Positions 37,113 through 50,122 of a stretch of DNA of 64,000 bases are shown here, piece after piece. The stretch's first letter is position 1; each line of letters begins with the position of its first letter. Source of the stretch: Eledone cirrhosa (Eukaryota). Made by a program: the position numbers and the translations under genes. The notes under the pieces are model-generated. The model searched no databases. It saw only the letters and a program-made list of their open reading frames with translations, and had not been told where the DNA came from. The DNA lies in the NCBI GenBank assembly GCA_964016885.1, contig OZ024740.1:271870001-271934000 (forward strand). Direction: 5' to 3'.

Positions 37113-37986
37113 GTAAGTATTCATTTCTGCATTTTTTTTTTTTATCTTTCATTTACTTAATCATGTTGGTGTGATCGATGGGAGAATTTTTTTAAAATTT
37201 GGATATTTATGTTAGTCCTTTCTTGTTGATACAAGCAAGATATTTGGATTTTCATGTCTTTGACACAACTGAGGGTCCTCCCAACCTTTTGTTTGACAAT
37301 CTTTCTATGGCTGGATGCCCTTCCTACCACTTTTACAGTGTGTTTAACGTGTAGATACAATCAAATCTTTCAATATCTTAAGTAATTAATCTTTTTTCTC
37401 TTGTTATTACTTTTTACAGTGGCATCACTTTTCCTTGAAGGCATAGTTATGTTGAGGGGTGAGGTTTAACGTATTTAATTTCAAAAACGCGTAATAAATA
37501 TATACAAATAGTATAACATGCTCATTTGTGCTGGTAACTGGCAACATAATGAAGTGTAGTAGCAAAGACAAGAAGACAATGTCAGATCAGGTGGTCACTT
37601 TCAGCTATTTGCACACAATTTTCAAAGCATTGCAACCATGTTGGACCTCTGTTGTTTCCGACAATGAATGCTCCAGTTGATTCAATCAACAGAACTACTT
37701 GCTCGTGAAATTAATGTGTAAATGGATGAACATTCCACAGACATGTGCACCTTTAATATAGCTCTCAGTGAGATTCAGTGCAACACAGTGTGTAACAAAA
37801 CTGCCCCTTACAGGTACAACTCATTTTTGTCAGCTGATTGGATTGGAGCAATGTGAAATAAAGTGTTTTGCTCAAGGACATGAGACACTGCTTGATGTAG
37901 GAATTGAATTCATGACTTTATGATTTTGAGCCAAACACCCTAACCATGAAACTACATGCCTTCACAACCAAATTTATTCTTTTTAA

Positions 37987-38207
37987 CCCTTTAGCATTTA
38001 TATTATTCTATATATACTATTGTATTTTTGAGGTAAAGGCTTTATCTTACATAAATATCTTGCATAATATTGAATCTATATGATTTTTATGTGATTTATT
38101 TTGAGAACAATACCTTAATGTCAGTGTGAGCGGTCAGTTATGGTTGTTTTAAACAGAAAGAGGTGAGAGAATTCTGGCCATATACAGCTGGTTTAAATGC
38201 TAAAGGG
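37987..38207 (-). mobile_element. piggyBac-type MITE copy 2
   Basis: TTAA TSD, same TIR, opposite orientation to copy 1. Confidence 0.88.
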
Positions 38208-38418
38208 TTAAGTAAAAAATGGTTACAATAAATTTAATTTTGATAATTAAAACCATGTTCATTAAAACTGTGGTATGTAAGGGAGAGACAGCTGTTCTGT
38301 GGTTGATTCAAACAAATTGACCTTTATTCTACAAAAATTTCACCTTGTGTTTAGAAAGAAAGAAATTGATAATTTGGGATTTTTCAAATATTATTTTTAA
38401 TCTGTTTTATTTCTTCAG

Positions 38419-38519
38419 AGCACACAACAGTTAACGAATGTAATAGAGGCAACTTCTTTAAACACAACCTTTGCTCCTAGTTTGCCGACCAATTCTCTAC
38501 AAAATTTAATTCCAAACAG
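38419..38519 (+). CDS. ZNF236: ZNF236-like exon w12 (linker)
   Basis: cttcag| ... AG|GTAAGT; supplies the phase 0 to 2 change required by exon w13. Confidence 0.82.
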
Positions 38520-40176
38520 GTAAGTGTTGATCAAAAACAATATTAATGAGGTATTTATTGTTTTCAAATTTAATTAATTTCTTACACTCATTAAATTTTG
38601 ATGAGGATAATAATGATGATATTTGTATAAGTTGGGAAAAGCTTTCTTTCAAGAAAATATGAATGCTCAAGTTTCATCATTTTAATTAAGGGTTTTTCGT
38701 ATTTCCTTATTAGTTCTTTATGTTTGACTTGGAACAGTTGCATTTCTAAATCTATGTGTGTATTGATCATTCCAAAGCCTTCAGGACTCCATTTTCAGAA
38801 TCTGAATGGTTATACTAGTGGCATATTGGTTACATGCCTAGGAGTGGTAGGAAATCATGGACAGTTGAATCACAGCAGTTATTTAATTGGTTTCATGTAT
38901 GCTGTATGTGGAGGTGCATAACCTAATGGCAAGAGTGTGATCATAATGCCGTGGGTTCGATTCCTTGACTAGGTTGTGTGTTTAGTTCATATTGCTCCAG
39001 TATACTCAACTGAAAATGAGTACCAGCAGTAACTGGGGGTTTAACCCTGTGATGGACTACTGTCATGTCCAATGGGTAGTCTTGTACTCTCAGTCACTTC
39101 ATGCCATGGAAGCTTGGATAAGCACTGGCCTGATGAGCCTCCAAGCTTGAAACAGACTTTAGATGTATGCTGTATATGCATGTTAATTTTGGGGTTATAG
39201 TCTAATGTTATCTCCATAGGTTATTGACCTTATTCTGTGTGGCAGTCTGTATGCAATTACAGTATTATCAACTAATGTAGTCCTGTCTAATGTTTTTGTC
39301 TATGGCTCCTTGTTGTATGTGCATGGTTAACTAATGAGAAAGAATTGTGTTTGCGAGACCTATGTAATATTTTTGGTCATGAAGTACACAATTTTCATGT
39401 CACTCTTTCAAATCATGAATTGCATGCAACTCAAACCCTCACAATTGCTAACATGTGTTAGGTCTCACCACTCGTGGTCTTTTTTGGTGAACATGTATCA
39501 ATAACATGACCTCTTTGAAAATAAATAAATTGTTTAGGCCTGAACAACTGTTAACCTTCAAGAATATTGAGATGAGATTCACACAATGACATATATCTTG
39601 GCTGGTTCTGCTGCTACACATACATACATATATCCACGATGACATCCAAAGAAAGGGCACATAATTGACTGTTGTGAAGTCATTCCCCAACATATTCAAA
39701 CCTTTAGCCTACAAATATGCTGCCCTCTCTCTATCTTTTTGCCTGCTATTAAAGTGGCCCCTGCTTCTTTGAGCAGTTTTGACATGTGCCACTTCTACTT
39801 AGACATTTCCAACTCACATTTCTTCTCTTCTGGTATTGACCATAGGCTCAGGCTCTTACTCCAGACCAAACTAATTAAAAAGAAAGAAAATGCTAAAAGA
39901 AAACTGTTCTACCAATTGAGGCAACAGTTTTCTATATTTTTACTTATCCTAAGCCCCTCAAATCTGTGTTATATTGTTATTTTGTTAGTATTTTTTATGA
40001 GCTATTGATATTCAAAATAAAATGTCCATACACATAGTTTTATGTATTTAATATTTGATATTTAACTTAATTATCAGCTATGAGTTTCATTGTGTGTCTG
40101 TTATAGATTTTGTTATATGTCCATATGGTTGATGTTTAAAATACTTTATTGCCTTATTTTCACATGATTTCTACAG

Positions 40177-40325
40177 AGAACCAAAACATACTCCTGCTCA
40201 GAAACAACGCCAGGCTAATATGATGCGTGAGGTGGAAGAAGGAAAGCGTTCTTACAAATGTCCTTACTGTGGTAAAGGTTTCAAGAAATCTAGTCATCTA
40301 AAGCAACATATTAGGTCACACACAG
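40177..40325 (+). CDS. ZNF236: ZNF236-like exon w13 (1 finger KKSSHLKQH)
   Basis: ctacag|A GAA CCA; G|GTAAG. Confidence 0.9.
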
Positions 40326-40512
40326 GTAAGTTAAGAGTGAGTTCTTAGTTTAATTCATTTGGGCCAGAGTTCTCTGATCAGAGTTATTGTATCCTGTAAC
40401 TGGATATGGATCAAGAATGTTCTGCCTGAGAGATCTGTCAAAGTGTGTGTGTATGTGTGTGTGTGTGTGTATTTATATATACATATATATTTACACACAA
40501 ATATATCATCAT

Positions 40513-40853
40513 TCATCATCATCATTTCATTTTACGTCCGCTTTTCCCTGCTTGCAAGGGTCGGACGGGAACTGATTCTGGCATGATTTCTACAGCTGGA
40601 TGCCCTTCCTAACACCAACCTCATTTACAGTGAGTGCTGGGTGCTTTTTTGCCGTGGCACCTCCACGACCACTTTGCAGTGGAATGATAGGGATCCCAGT
40701 CCCTATCATCTCATTTCTACAGCTGAGTAAACTGGAGCAATGTGAAATAAAGTCTCTTGCTCAAGGAAACAATACATCACCCGGTCCGAGAATTGAACTC
40801 ACAACCTTTCGATTGCAAGGCCAATGCTCTAACCACTAAGCCATGTACCTCCC
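40513..40853 (-). mobile_element. Same SINE, subfamily with RTE family-2 terminal tip
   Basis: Reverse complement of the 47902 copy. Confidence 0.87.
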
Positions 40854-40872
40854 TTATATATGTATAAATATG

Positions 40873-40950
<78 letters not shown>

Positions 40951-41057
40951 CTCTCTCTCTCTCTCTCTATTACAATTTAGAAATTAAAAATTAAAAAATA
41001 TATGATCAACACTACTGTGTTTTTTTTGCAAAATAATATATTTATATTTATAAATAT

Positions 41058-41916
41058 CATCATCATCATCGTTTTATGTCCATTCTTCCATGTTAGCATG
41101 GGTTCGACGGGTTGTACTGTTGTGGGCAGTGCCCGCTTCGCTGCCCTTGTCTTGCTCATCCGGGAACTGATTCTGGCTTGATTTCTACAGATGGATGCCC
41201 TTCCTAATACCAACCTCATTTACAGTGAGTCCTGGGTGCTTTTTTCCATGGCGCCTACATAACCACTTTACAGTGTGGGCTGAGTGCTTTTTAGCAGTGG
41301 GAGGGGGTGGGGGCATATTGTCTATATGCTTCATCTTCGGCTTGTACCCGTGGGAAGTCGGGTCTTCTGTATTACTGCGCGACACCAGAGATGTGCAATT
41401 GGGTAAGGTTGGCTTTTATCACCTCTTCCCAGGTCTTGGGTCTCCCACTCCATGGCTTCCATCGACTTCTAGTGTTCTGCACCTTTTTATGCAGCTGTCA
41501 TCCTTCATATGCATAACATGTCCATACCAACGCAACCTCCTCTCCTGTACACAGCATTTGATTCCTCTTATGCTCAGTCTCTCTCTCAATTCGTTTATGC
41601 TTTGCCGTTTGCGTATATTACTATTACACATCCATCGGAGCATGCAAGCTTTGTTTCTTTCTAATCTACACAAGTCTTCTACACACAACACCCAGGTCTC
41701 ACTACCATGTAACATTGCTGTTCGTATGAACACATCATACAGTCTGCCTTTCATTTTGCAGTTAGCAGTGGCAGTAGCTCCCTGAACTTCTTCCATCCCA
41801 TTCTTACCATGGTTACTGTACTTTCTGAACACCCACCTCTGCTGCTAATTCGGTCACGTAGGTAGCAAAAGCTGTCTACTGTTTCTACAGAGCCCTCCCA
41901 GAGTTTGGTGGTGCTT
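41058..41916 (-). mobile_element. 5'-truncated RTE family-1 copy
   Basis: Frameshifted RT C-terminus nearly identical to the intact ORF, same 3' UTR and (CAT)n. Confidence 0.92.
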
Positions 41917-42134
41917 ATATATATATATATATATTTGTTTGTATGTATGTGTATGTGCAAATCCAGATGACAAGATTAGTTGACATTAAAGAAACATTTA
42001 TTACACAATAGGGTCTCAAACACGTGTTTCAATGCAATTATGCAATAACCTCTTCCATTTATTGTTATGCATATCCACTTTACACAAACATGAATTAACC
42101 TACATAAAATGGATACCCCTATTCGTCTATTTCT

Positions 42135-42185
<51 letters not shown>

Positions 42186-42291
42186 TATATATATAGTCTT
42201 TTTGCCTATTTTTGAATGCTGAATTAAGGATATATATGAATATATATAAATCTTCAAACATTTTATTCCTTATATTTTCCTTCCATTGCAG

Positions 42292-42555
42292 GGGAGAAAC
42301 CTTTCAACTGTGGACAGTGTAATCGAATGTTTGTATCAATGGGTGTGTTAAAAGCACACATGAGAACTCATACTGGTATCAAAGATTACTGCTGCCAAAT
42401 ATGTCATGCTGCTTTCACAACGAATGGTTCTCTCACTCGACATATGATGATACACAACACAGTAAACTCGTACAAATGTACCTATTGTCCTGAAATGTTC
42501 CGCACACCTATGCTTTGGAGACGGCACTTAAGAATGCATAAAGAAACTCAGAGTG
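42292..42555 (+). CDS. ZNF236: ZNF236-like exon w14 (3 fingers)
   Basis: ttgcag|GG GAG AAA CCT; G|GTATGT; 264 nt. Confidence 0.93.
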
Positions 42556-42571
42556 GTATGTATATTATTAG

Positions 42572-42738
42572 CAGTGCTGGATTTACCATTGTGCTTAGGT
42601 GTGCTTAAGCACAGGGCTCCGTTGACCAGGGAGGGCTCATTTTCCTTCCCCCCTAATTTTTTACATTGAATTTTTCAAATGTAAGGTGCCTCATAATTTA
42701 ACTAGCACAGGGCCTCATATGTCCTAAATTTGGCACTG
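42572..42738. mobile_element. Small hAT-like MITE
   Basis: CAGTGCTGGATTTA..TAAATTTGGCACTG with near 8-bp TSD ATTATT(A/T)G. Confidence 0.7.
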
Positions 42739-44370
42739 ATTATTTGGTCCTGTATATACTGATTCCAGACCAAAACCAGTTCTTCACCATATTGTAGTCG
42801 ACCTGGTGGTGTGTTCCATTAGGGCAGTGCCAAGTCCAGCACTGTGATGCCTTGTGCTCACCAAGTGTGTTAGCAAGCACCATGTCATTATAACTGGAAA
42901 ATTCAAGCAGGCGTAGCCCTTGCTTGTAGGTTACGGCATTACATATTAAGTCCACAGAATTCGTGCCAGTCTTTCACTGCATCCTCACCCACCTTGTCAT
43001 TCCAGTCTCCCTGTATAATAAGGATATCTTTCTTATTAACCTTGTTGATAATGTTTTGGAGTTTTGTGTTGAATTCTTCCACCTGATCATCCTCATAGTC
43101 CGTTGTTGGTGCATGTACCTGTGAAACTGTAATGTTGAATGGTGCTGCTCGAAGGTGGATAGTGATGAGCCTGCTGGATACTGGGCGGCACTCAAGTACA
43201 GCATTCTTGATGTTCTTGTTGACAAGAAAACCTGCCCCATGCACATGTTTGTCAAGTTCTCCACTGTAACAGAGTTCATGGCCTTCATTGGTGAGGTGTT
43301 CACTGAAATGTTTCCATCTGACCACACAGAGTCCCACGATGTGCCAGTTGCATCTCTCCAGTTCATGTGTGAGTTCCTGCAGTTTGCCATGTTGGGCAAG
43401 TGTTCTCAAGTTCCATGTGGCAAATGTGATGTTCTCCCTTATACAAATCTTTTTTGACGAGATTTCAGTTGCATATTTAACACCTCTGCCCTGATGTACG
43501 ACAGATGATGTGGTCCTTGTTAACCCGGCCGACGATTGAGCCAGTATTGACGTTGGTAATTCGTTCATTTTCATGCAGTGTGTGCCTAGTGGTGCCCTTC
43601 CCATTCCTAGCTTAACCACAGCCGAATTCCTCCAGCATGTGGCCATTGTAGTTTGTCTGGGAAATCATCCTTCCTGGCCGGTGACCTGCGTCAGGAGCTC
43701 CTTCACCCAGTGGTACCTCTTGGACGTAACTTCTGCTAGATATGGCATGGAGATCAGCGCTGAGAAAACCAAGCTGATGACAAACAGCACAAAACTAATA
43801 GAGAGAAGGATCACAGTCAGTGGTCAAGAGCTGGAGACTGTGACACAGTTAAAATACTTTGGCGCCATCATCAGTCAAGGGGGATCAAAGCCAGAGGTCA
43901 TTTCAAGGAGTGCTCTTACAACCACAGACTTGCTAAGCTGAAAGCTCTCTGGAGAGAGATAAAAACACCACTCTCAGATGCAAAATAAAAATCCTGTGTG
44001 AGTTGGTCCTATCCATCTTTCTATACGCATCATGGTCCTTGACTGCTGAACTGCAAAGAAAGAGTCAAACAGTGAAGATGAGCTGCTATAGAAGAATCCT
44101 GGGAATCTCCTACACAGAACACATCACGAACGAGGAGGTCTGCAAAAGAATCACCCAGCATGTGAACTACTTTGAAGATCTGCTGACTACAGTGAAGAGG
44201 AGGAAGCTGAGGTGGTATGGGCATGTAACAAGATTGGACGGCCTCTCTAAGGCAATTCTCCAAGGAACAGTGCAGGGAAAGAGTAGGCAGGGCAGACAGA
44301 GGAGGGAGTGGATAGATAACATAGTTGAGTGGACAGGAAAGAACTTTGCCACAACCCAAGCACCAGATTT
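42739..44370. mobile_element. Decayed RTE/BovB-like LINE with inverted 5' part (APE on -, RT C-terminus on +)
   Basis: 42939-43646(-) ATWNLRTL..GLCVVRW..HAPT..QGDWN; 43720-44370(+) YGMEISAEKTK..KYFG..RRKLRWYGHV..GRQRREWIDNI. Confidence 0.85.
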
Positions 44371-45456
44371 TGGAACAATACTCCATTGTGAGTCATTCCT
44401 GGGTTTTGTAGAAAGTCAGTAATTTTTGGAAGTTGAAATATTTTCTGGTTCTTTTGATGCAGTCCTAGATATGTTAAGGATGTTTGTTCACCAAGAGAAA
44501 TTGTTCCAAATGCTAGTAACAGGGACTGTAGAATTTATGTATGTGCAGATACCACCTTTCAGAGTGAAGTACACTGATATTAAAGAAGTGGAGGGAGAGT
44601 TGTCTAGCAGGCTTAGTTATAGTTTTTAGTATTTTGGGGAAGTGTAAAGAGTGATGGCACATCAAAAGTAGCATTTCTTTCAAAACAAGTTGACAGTATC
44701 TGTATATTGGATAGGAATATGAAAAGGAATCACTCTTAAGATTTTCTCTATTCCAAGAAAATATTAAACTTCTTGTGTGCTTTATAGCTCCCTAATCATC
44801 AAGAACAAAAACATGCCAGTTGTCTTGAAATGTCAAGTTTATGACTAGTGAATTCTGCTGACTTACACATACGGATTAGAAACCTAGAACCTAACAAAAA
44901 AGCAAACTCTAAAGCTATGGATAATGCAAAAAACCTATGAAAGGATCATGTTAAACATCACATGGTGAGATAGAAAAATCGCCGAATGGATAAAAACAAA
45001 AAAAAAACAAACAAACAAAAGTTCACATCTTAGAAATCATTAGCAAAGTAAAACGGAAGTGAATGGGTCACATTGCCAAAATGACTGACAATAGATGGAC
45101 CACCTACATCACCTGGACCCCATGAGGTCACACAAGAAGCCAAGGCCACCAGATGACCAGGTGGCAAGACAGCCTTGAAAAAATTGAAAAATTTTGACCA
45201 TGAATAGTTGAAGATTGGCAAGAAGTCCAACAAGTAACTTTGCCTGCTGTTTGCAAGGAGTTTTTATCAGACAGGTAAGTAGTCAGGCAAAGGTAATTGT
45301 ATCCGTGTACTCTGATTTCCCTTGTAAAATTAAATATTGCATTTAGAAGTATGATAATAGGCAATGAAAGTATTAAGACAGGTAAATAGTTAAAAAGGTT
45401 CTGCGCTACTGGTTTATTCAACTTTTTTTTCTCTCTTAAATTCTTTTTTTATACAG

Positions 45457-45641
45457 ATGATGATGATGACGAATATTCAGATGGGATAAGGAAAACAAGA
45501 GTGCCTATTATTCAGATAACTGAAGAACAAACTGAGCAACTTTCCAAGGCTGATACTTGTGAAGAAATGACTGTGTCGGAACGTATTCTCATTGAATCTG
45601 CCGGAGAAAAAGATCGAATCAGTGAAATAAAGCATACTCAA
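45457..45641 (+). CDS. ZNF236: ZNF236-like exon w15 (acidic linker, SERILIESAGEKDRISE)
   Basis: atacag|AT GAT; CAA|GTAATA; phase 1 to 0. Confidence 0.88.
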
Positions 45642-45734
45642 GTAATATACCATTACATTATTGAGCCAGTCTAGTTTAGCTGACTAATCTCATTCCATGT
45701 TGTCTTTATAGAGAGACAATAACTATAAGATTAA

Positions 45735-45955
45735 CCCTTTAGTATTTACATTACACTATATATACTATTGTATTTTTGTGATAAAGGCTTTATCTTATAT
45801 AATTATTTCACATAATATCGAATCTATGAGATTTTGATATTATTTATTTTGAGAACAATATCTTAACAATAGTATGAGCAGCCAGTTATGGCCAGTTTGA
45901 ATAGAAAGAGGTGAGAGAATTCTGGCTGGATAAAGCCAGTTTAAATGCTAAAGGG
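45735..45955 (-). mobile_element. piggyBac-type MITE copy 3
   Basis: TTAA TSD, same TIR. Confidence 0.88.
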
Positions 45956-47313
45956 TTAAAACGCTGCACCACTCACTATGTAGTCCAAGAACTTAAAATT
46001 TACTATGGCCATTGTGTGGCAACACATTTATATTTGCTTCTTTAGCTTGCTTAGATGGCAACAGGTTTTACTGCTACTTAATAGTAAAATCGAAATCAAA
46101 AGAAAGAGTATCCAGTTGTAAAAAAAATTGCTTCAACAAGTCAAGGGCTTACATGTGGTTGTTCAAACAGCTAGAAATAGTAGCCAAATCTTTCTCAAAT
46201 CGTTTTCAATAATATTCTATTATCTTTTAAAAAGGCAAAGCAAATTGGACAATGTAGTCCTAGAAAGATACACTATGTTTAAATAATAAGTCAGGATAAG
46301 TCACAGTTGGAATGCCTTTAATCATTGTTTTGTTGCTTAAACAGTGCTCACACGGGTTTAAACAACAATAACTCCAATTTAAAATAGGTGTAAGACATTA
46401 AATTTGTTAAGATAAGTTTCTTTTGTTATCTTGATTTAATGTTCTTCCTAATGCATTGTTTGGCTTTCAAAATTATTTAAATCTTTTCTAATTTAACATG
46501 TAATGTAAATTAGAAAATAAAATATACATCGCCCACACTCTAAAATCATCACCATCACTGTACACCCCTTCCACACCACTATCACCATCACCCCATCTAA
46601 GACTATCACTCTTTAACTATTTCCACCATCACTATATGTCACCTAAAATTCTGACACTCCTGTGAGTATTGCCCCTATGCTATTGACCACCCTGTCCATA
46701 CCCCCACCACTATCATCCCTTAGTAGCTATACTCATCATCACTAACACTCCTTCTATTTCTTGACACATGATGATCCCACTTCCTACTCATCACCCTGTC
46801 AATTCCACACTTGTCATTCACCTATAATGTCATACTTATCTTTCTTCTCCCCCTCTCCCATTGGACATGGAGGGCTCTTCAATTGGGACAAGGGTCAACA
46901 ACTTCTCTTGTACTGGTGCCACGAAAATGCATCCAGTACACCCTATAAGATGGTTGGCAATAGGAATGACACCCTGCTGTAGAAACCATGCCAAAAAGGG
47001 TCAAGTGGACCCTTCAGTTGTGTCAATGGGACCACAACCTTTCTAGTATTGGTAATCTACATGATAAATGTATCCAGTACACTCTGTAAAGTGGCTGGTG
47101 ATAGGAAGGGCATCCAATCTTAGAAAACTTGCCAAACAAAGGGTCGAGAGGACTCTCTAACTTTGTTAAAGACATAACAAGCTCCCTAGTGCGTATGTGC
47201 GTATATTCGGAGTCAACATTTTGATAATTTTCCCCAACTTCAAATTCTACGTAAATATGGTTTGGATATTTTACCGTTTCTCAGAGATAAAATAGTGGGG
47301 TCAGCTTATATAC

Positions 47314-47381
<68 letters not shown>

Positions 47382-47385
<4 letters not shown>

Positions 47386-47598
47386 GACAGGGGGGAAGAA
47401 AAATATGGCTTCACTTGTGCTTTCAACAAATTTATTTTCTTCACAAAATCAAAAAAGAATTTTTTTCCCGGATTAGAAAAATTTTTTTAAGAAAATTTTT
47501 TCTAATCCGGGAAAAAAATTCTTTTGGGATTTTGTGAAGAAAATAAATTTGTTGAAAGCACAAGTGAAGCCATATTTTTCTTCCCCCCCCTGTCTTAA
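47382..47598. repeat. Near-perfect ~217-bp palindrome (foldback element)
   Basis: TTAAGACAGGGGGGAAGAAAAATATGGC.. mirrored by ..GCCATATTTTTCTTCCCCCCCCTGTCTTAA. Confidence 0.93.
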
Positions 47599-47635
47599 TA
47601 TACCTAACTGTACCAAGGATTACACACATTTTCCA

Positions 47636-47667
<32 letters not shown>

Positions 47668-47854
47668 TAGAACATCATCATCATCATCACTATCACTGTA
47701 ATCAACATCATTTAACGTCCATCTTCCACACTATCATGGGTTAGACGGGTTTGTCCCATTTAGAGGCAAGTTGGGTCGGGTGACAGTGTCTCGCTCATAT
47801 AGGACTGTTTCTGGCTGGTTTTTCTATGGCTGGATGCCCTTCCTAATGCCAACC

Positions 47855-47898
<44 letters not shown>

Positions 47899-47901
47899 CA
47901 T

Positions 47902-48244
47902 GGAGGCACATAGCTTAGTGGTTAGAGCATTGGCCTTGCAATCGAAAGGTTGTGAGTTCAATTCTCGGACCGGGTGATGTGTTGTTTCCTTGAGCAAGCC
48001 ACTTTATTTCACATTGCTCCAGTTTACTCAGCTGTAGAAATGAGATGATAGGGACTGGGGTCCCTATCATTCCACTGCAAAGTGGTCGTGGAGGTGCCAC
48101 AGCAAAAAAGCACCCAGCACTCACTGTAAATGAGGTTGGTGTTAGGAAGGGCATCCAGCTGTAGAAATCAAGCCAGAATCAGTTCCCGTCCCACCCTTGC
48201 AAGCAGGGAAAAGTGGACGTAAAATGATGATGATGATGATGATG
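47902..48244 (+). mobile_element. Same SINE, subfamily with RTE family-2 terminal tip
   Basis: Head and core nearly identical to the 1005 copy; ends CCCGTCCCACCCTTGCAAGCAGGGAAAAGTGGACGTAAAA(TGA)n. Confidence 0.88.
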
Positions 48245-48249
48245 TATAT

Positions 48250-48290
<41 letters not shown>

Positions 48291-48402
48291 TATATATGTA
48301 TGTATATATATATATATATATGTATGTATATATATATATATATATGTATGTATATATATATATATGTATATATGTATATATATATGTATATATATATATA
48401 TA

Positions 48403-49556
48403 TCATCATCATCGTTTAACGTCCATATTCCACGCTTGCATGGGTTTGGACGGGAGTTTTACCACTTGAGGCAAGTGTGGTTGTCTTGCTCGCATAGGAC
48501 TGTCTGGCAGGTTTTCTACCGCTGGATGCCCTTCCTAACACCAACCACATTTACAGTGTGGAACTGGGAGGTTTTTACCGTGTTACCTACACGGCCACAT
48601 TACAGCGTGGACTGTGTGTTTTTTTGTCGTGATACCTACACGACCTCATTTGTTTCGGACTAGATGTTGTGGTACCAACATAACTTTACATTGTAAGGGG
48701 TGGTGTGGATGGGGTGGGGGATAGTGGGACGGGGGGTGTATTTTGTTAGAGGTGCCTACTGACTGTAGTAGGTTTTACTTTGTATTTAGGTAAGGCGGGT
48801 CTTCTCTATTACTGCGTAGCGCCAAAGATCTCGGTCCAGTGACATTGTCTTGGAGAGGTGTAAGTGTGTGAGGTCGGAATTTATCAAGTCGTCCCAGGTT
48901 TTTCTGGGTCTGCCTACTCCATGGCTACCGTCTATTTTTATTGCCCTGCACTTTTTTATACAGCTGTCGTCTTTCATGCGCATCACGTGACCTTACCAAC
49001 ATAGTCTTCTCTCGAGTAAACAACATCTGATCCCTCTTATTCCTAATTTCTCCCTTAGTTCGTTTATGCTTTGCCGTTCACGTATATTGCTATTACACAT
49101 CCAGCGGAGCATGCAAGCTTCGTTTCTCTCCAGTCTGCGTATATCCTCTGCACACAATGCCCAGGTCTCACTGCCATGCAACATTGCTGTTCGTATGCAG
49201 GCATCATACAGCCTGCCATTCATTTTTAGAGAGAACCCTTTAGCGGCCAATAGTGGTATAAGCTCTCTGAACTTTTTCCATCCAGTTCTGACTCTAGCTA
49301 CTGTACTTTCAGAGCACCCTCCCCCACTGCTGATTTTGTCACCCAGGTAACGGAAGCTGTCCACTATTTCTATAGAACCCTCTGCGCAATTGAAAGAGCT
49401 AGTATTCTGTGGGCACTTGCTGCTACTTATTGCACCTGAGCACCGGCCACATATAAAATCTATATTCTTTTATGCACCCATACTTTGCATTTGGGACATA
49501 AAATGGAGTTTCTACCTACTCCTTTCCTACACACTGAGCATGGCCATTTCTCGGAT
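48403..49556 (-). mobile_element. 5'-truncated RTE (PHD-type) copy, related subfamily
   Basis: ORF pieces 48786-48986 and 48993-49364; PHD remnant KWPCSVC..SILCPKCK; diverged 3' UTR. Confidence 0.9.
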
Positions 49557-49838
49557 GGGTGGCACGTGGCCTAGTGGTAAGAGTGTTGGACTTATGATCA
49601 TAATGTCGTGGGTTCGATTCCTGGGTTGTGTGTTGTGTTCTTGAGCAAAACACTTCATTTCATGTTGCTCCAGTATACTCAGCTGAAAATGAGTACCAGC
49701 AATAGCTGGAGGTTTAATCCTGAGATGGACTGGCGTCCTGTCCAGGTGGGTGTCTTGTACTCTCAGTCGCTTCACGCCATGAAACCGGGATAAGCACCGG
49801 CCAAATGAGCCTTCTGGCTTAAGACAGACTTTAGACTT
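49557..49838 (+). mobile_element. tRNA-CORE SINE with (AGACTTT)n tail; related copies ~7290-7520 (+), ~23930-24090 (-), ~38910-39162 (+)
   Basis: GTGGCCTAGTGG A box, GGTTCGATTCC B box, CORE-like segment, shared tail among four copies. Confidence 0.8.
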
Positions 49839-49923
49839 TTTTATATATATATATATACATAATATGCAGGTATAGTCATGTGGTTAAGAAGTTTTTAATG
49901 CTTTTCTTGGTGTATTATTGCAG

Positions 49924-50122
49924 GAAAAACACACAGAATTAGAGAGTCTTCCAAAACATCGACACGAGTGTAATAAATGTCCGAAAAGCTTCAAGAAACC
50001 AAGTGACTTGATAAGACATTTGCGTATACATACTGGGGAGAAGCCATTCACCTGTAATACTTGTTCCAAGTCATTTACAGTAAAGTCAACTTTGGATAGC
50101 CATATGAAGACTCATGGAACAG
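49924..50122 (+). CDS. ZNF236: ZNF236-like exon w16 (2 fingers)
   Basis: ttgcag|GAA AAA; [17 protein letters not shown]; G|GTAAA. Confidence 0.93.
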
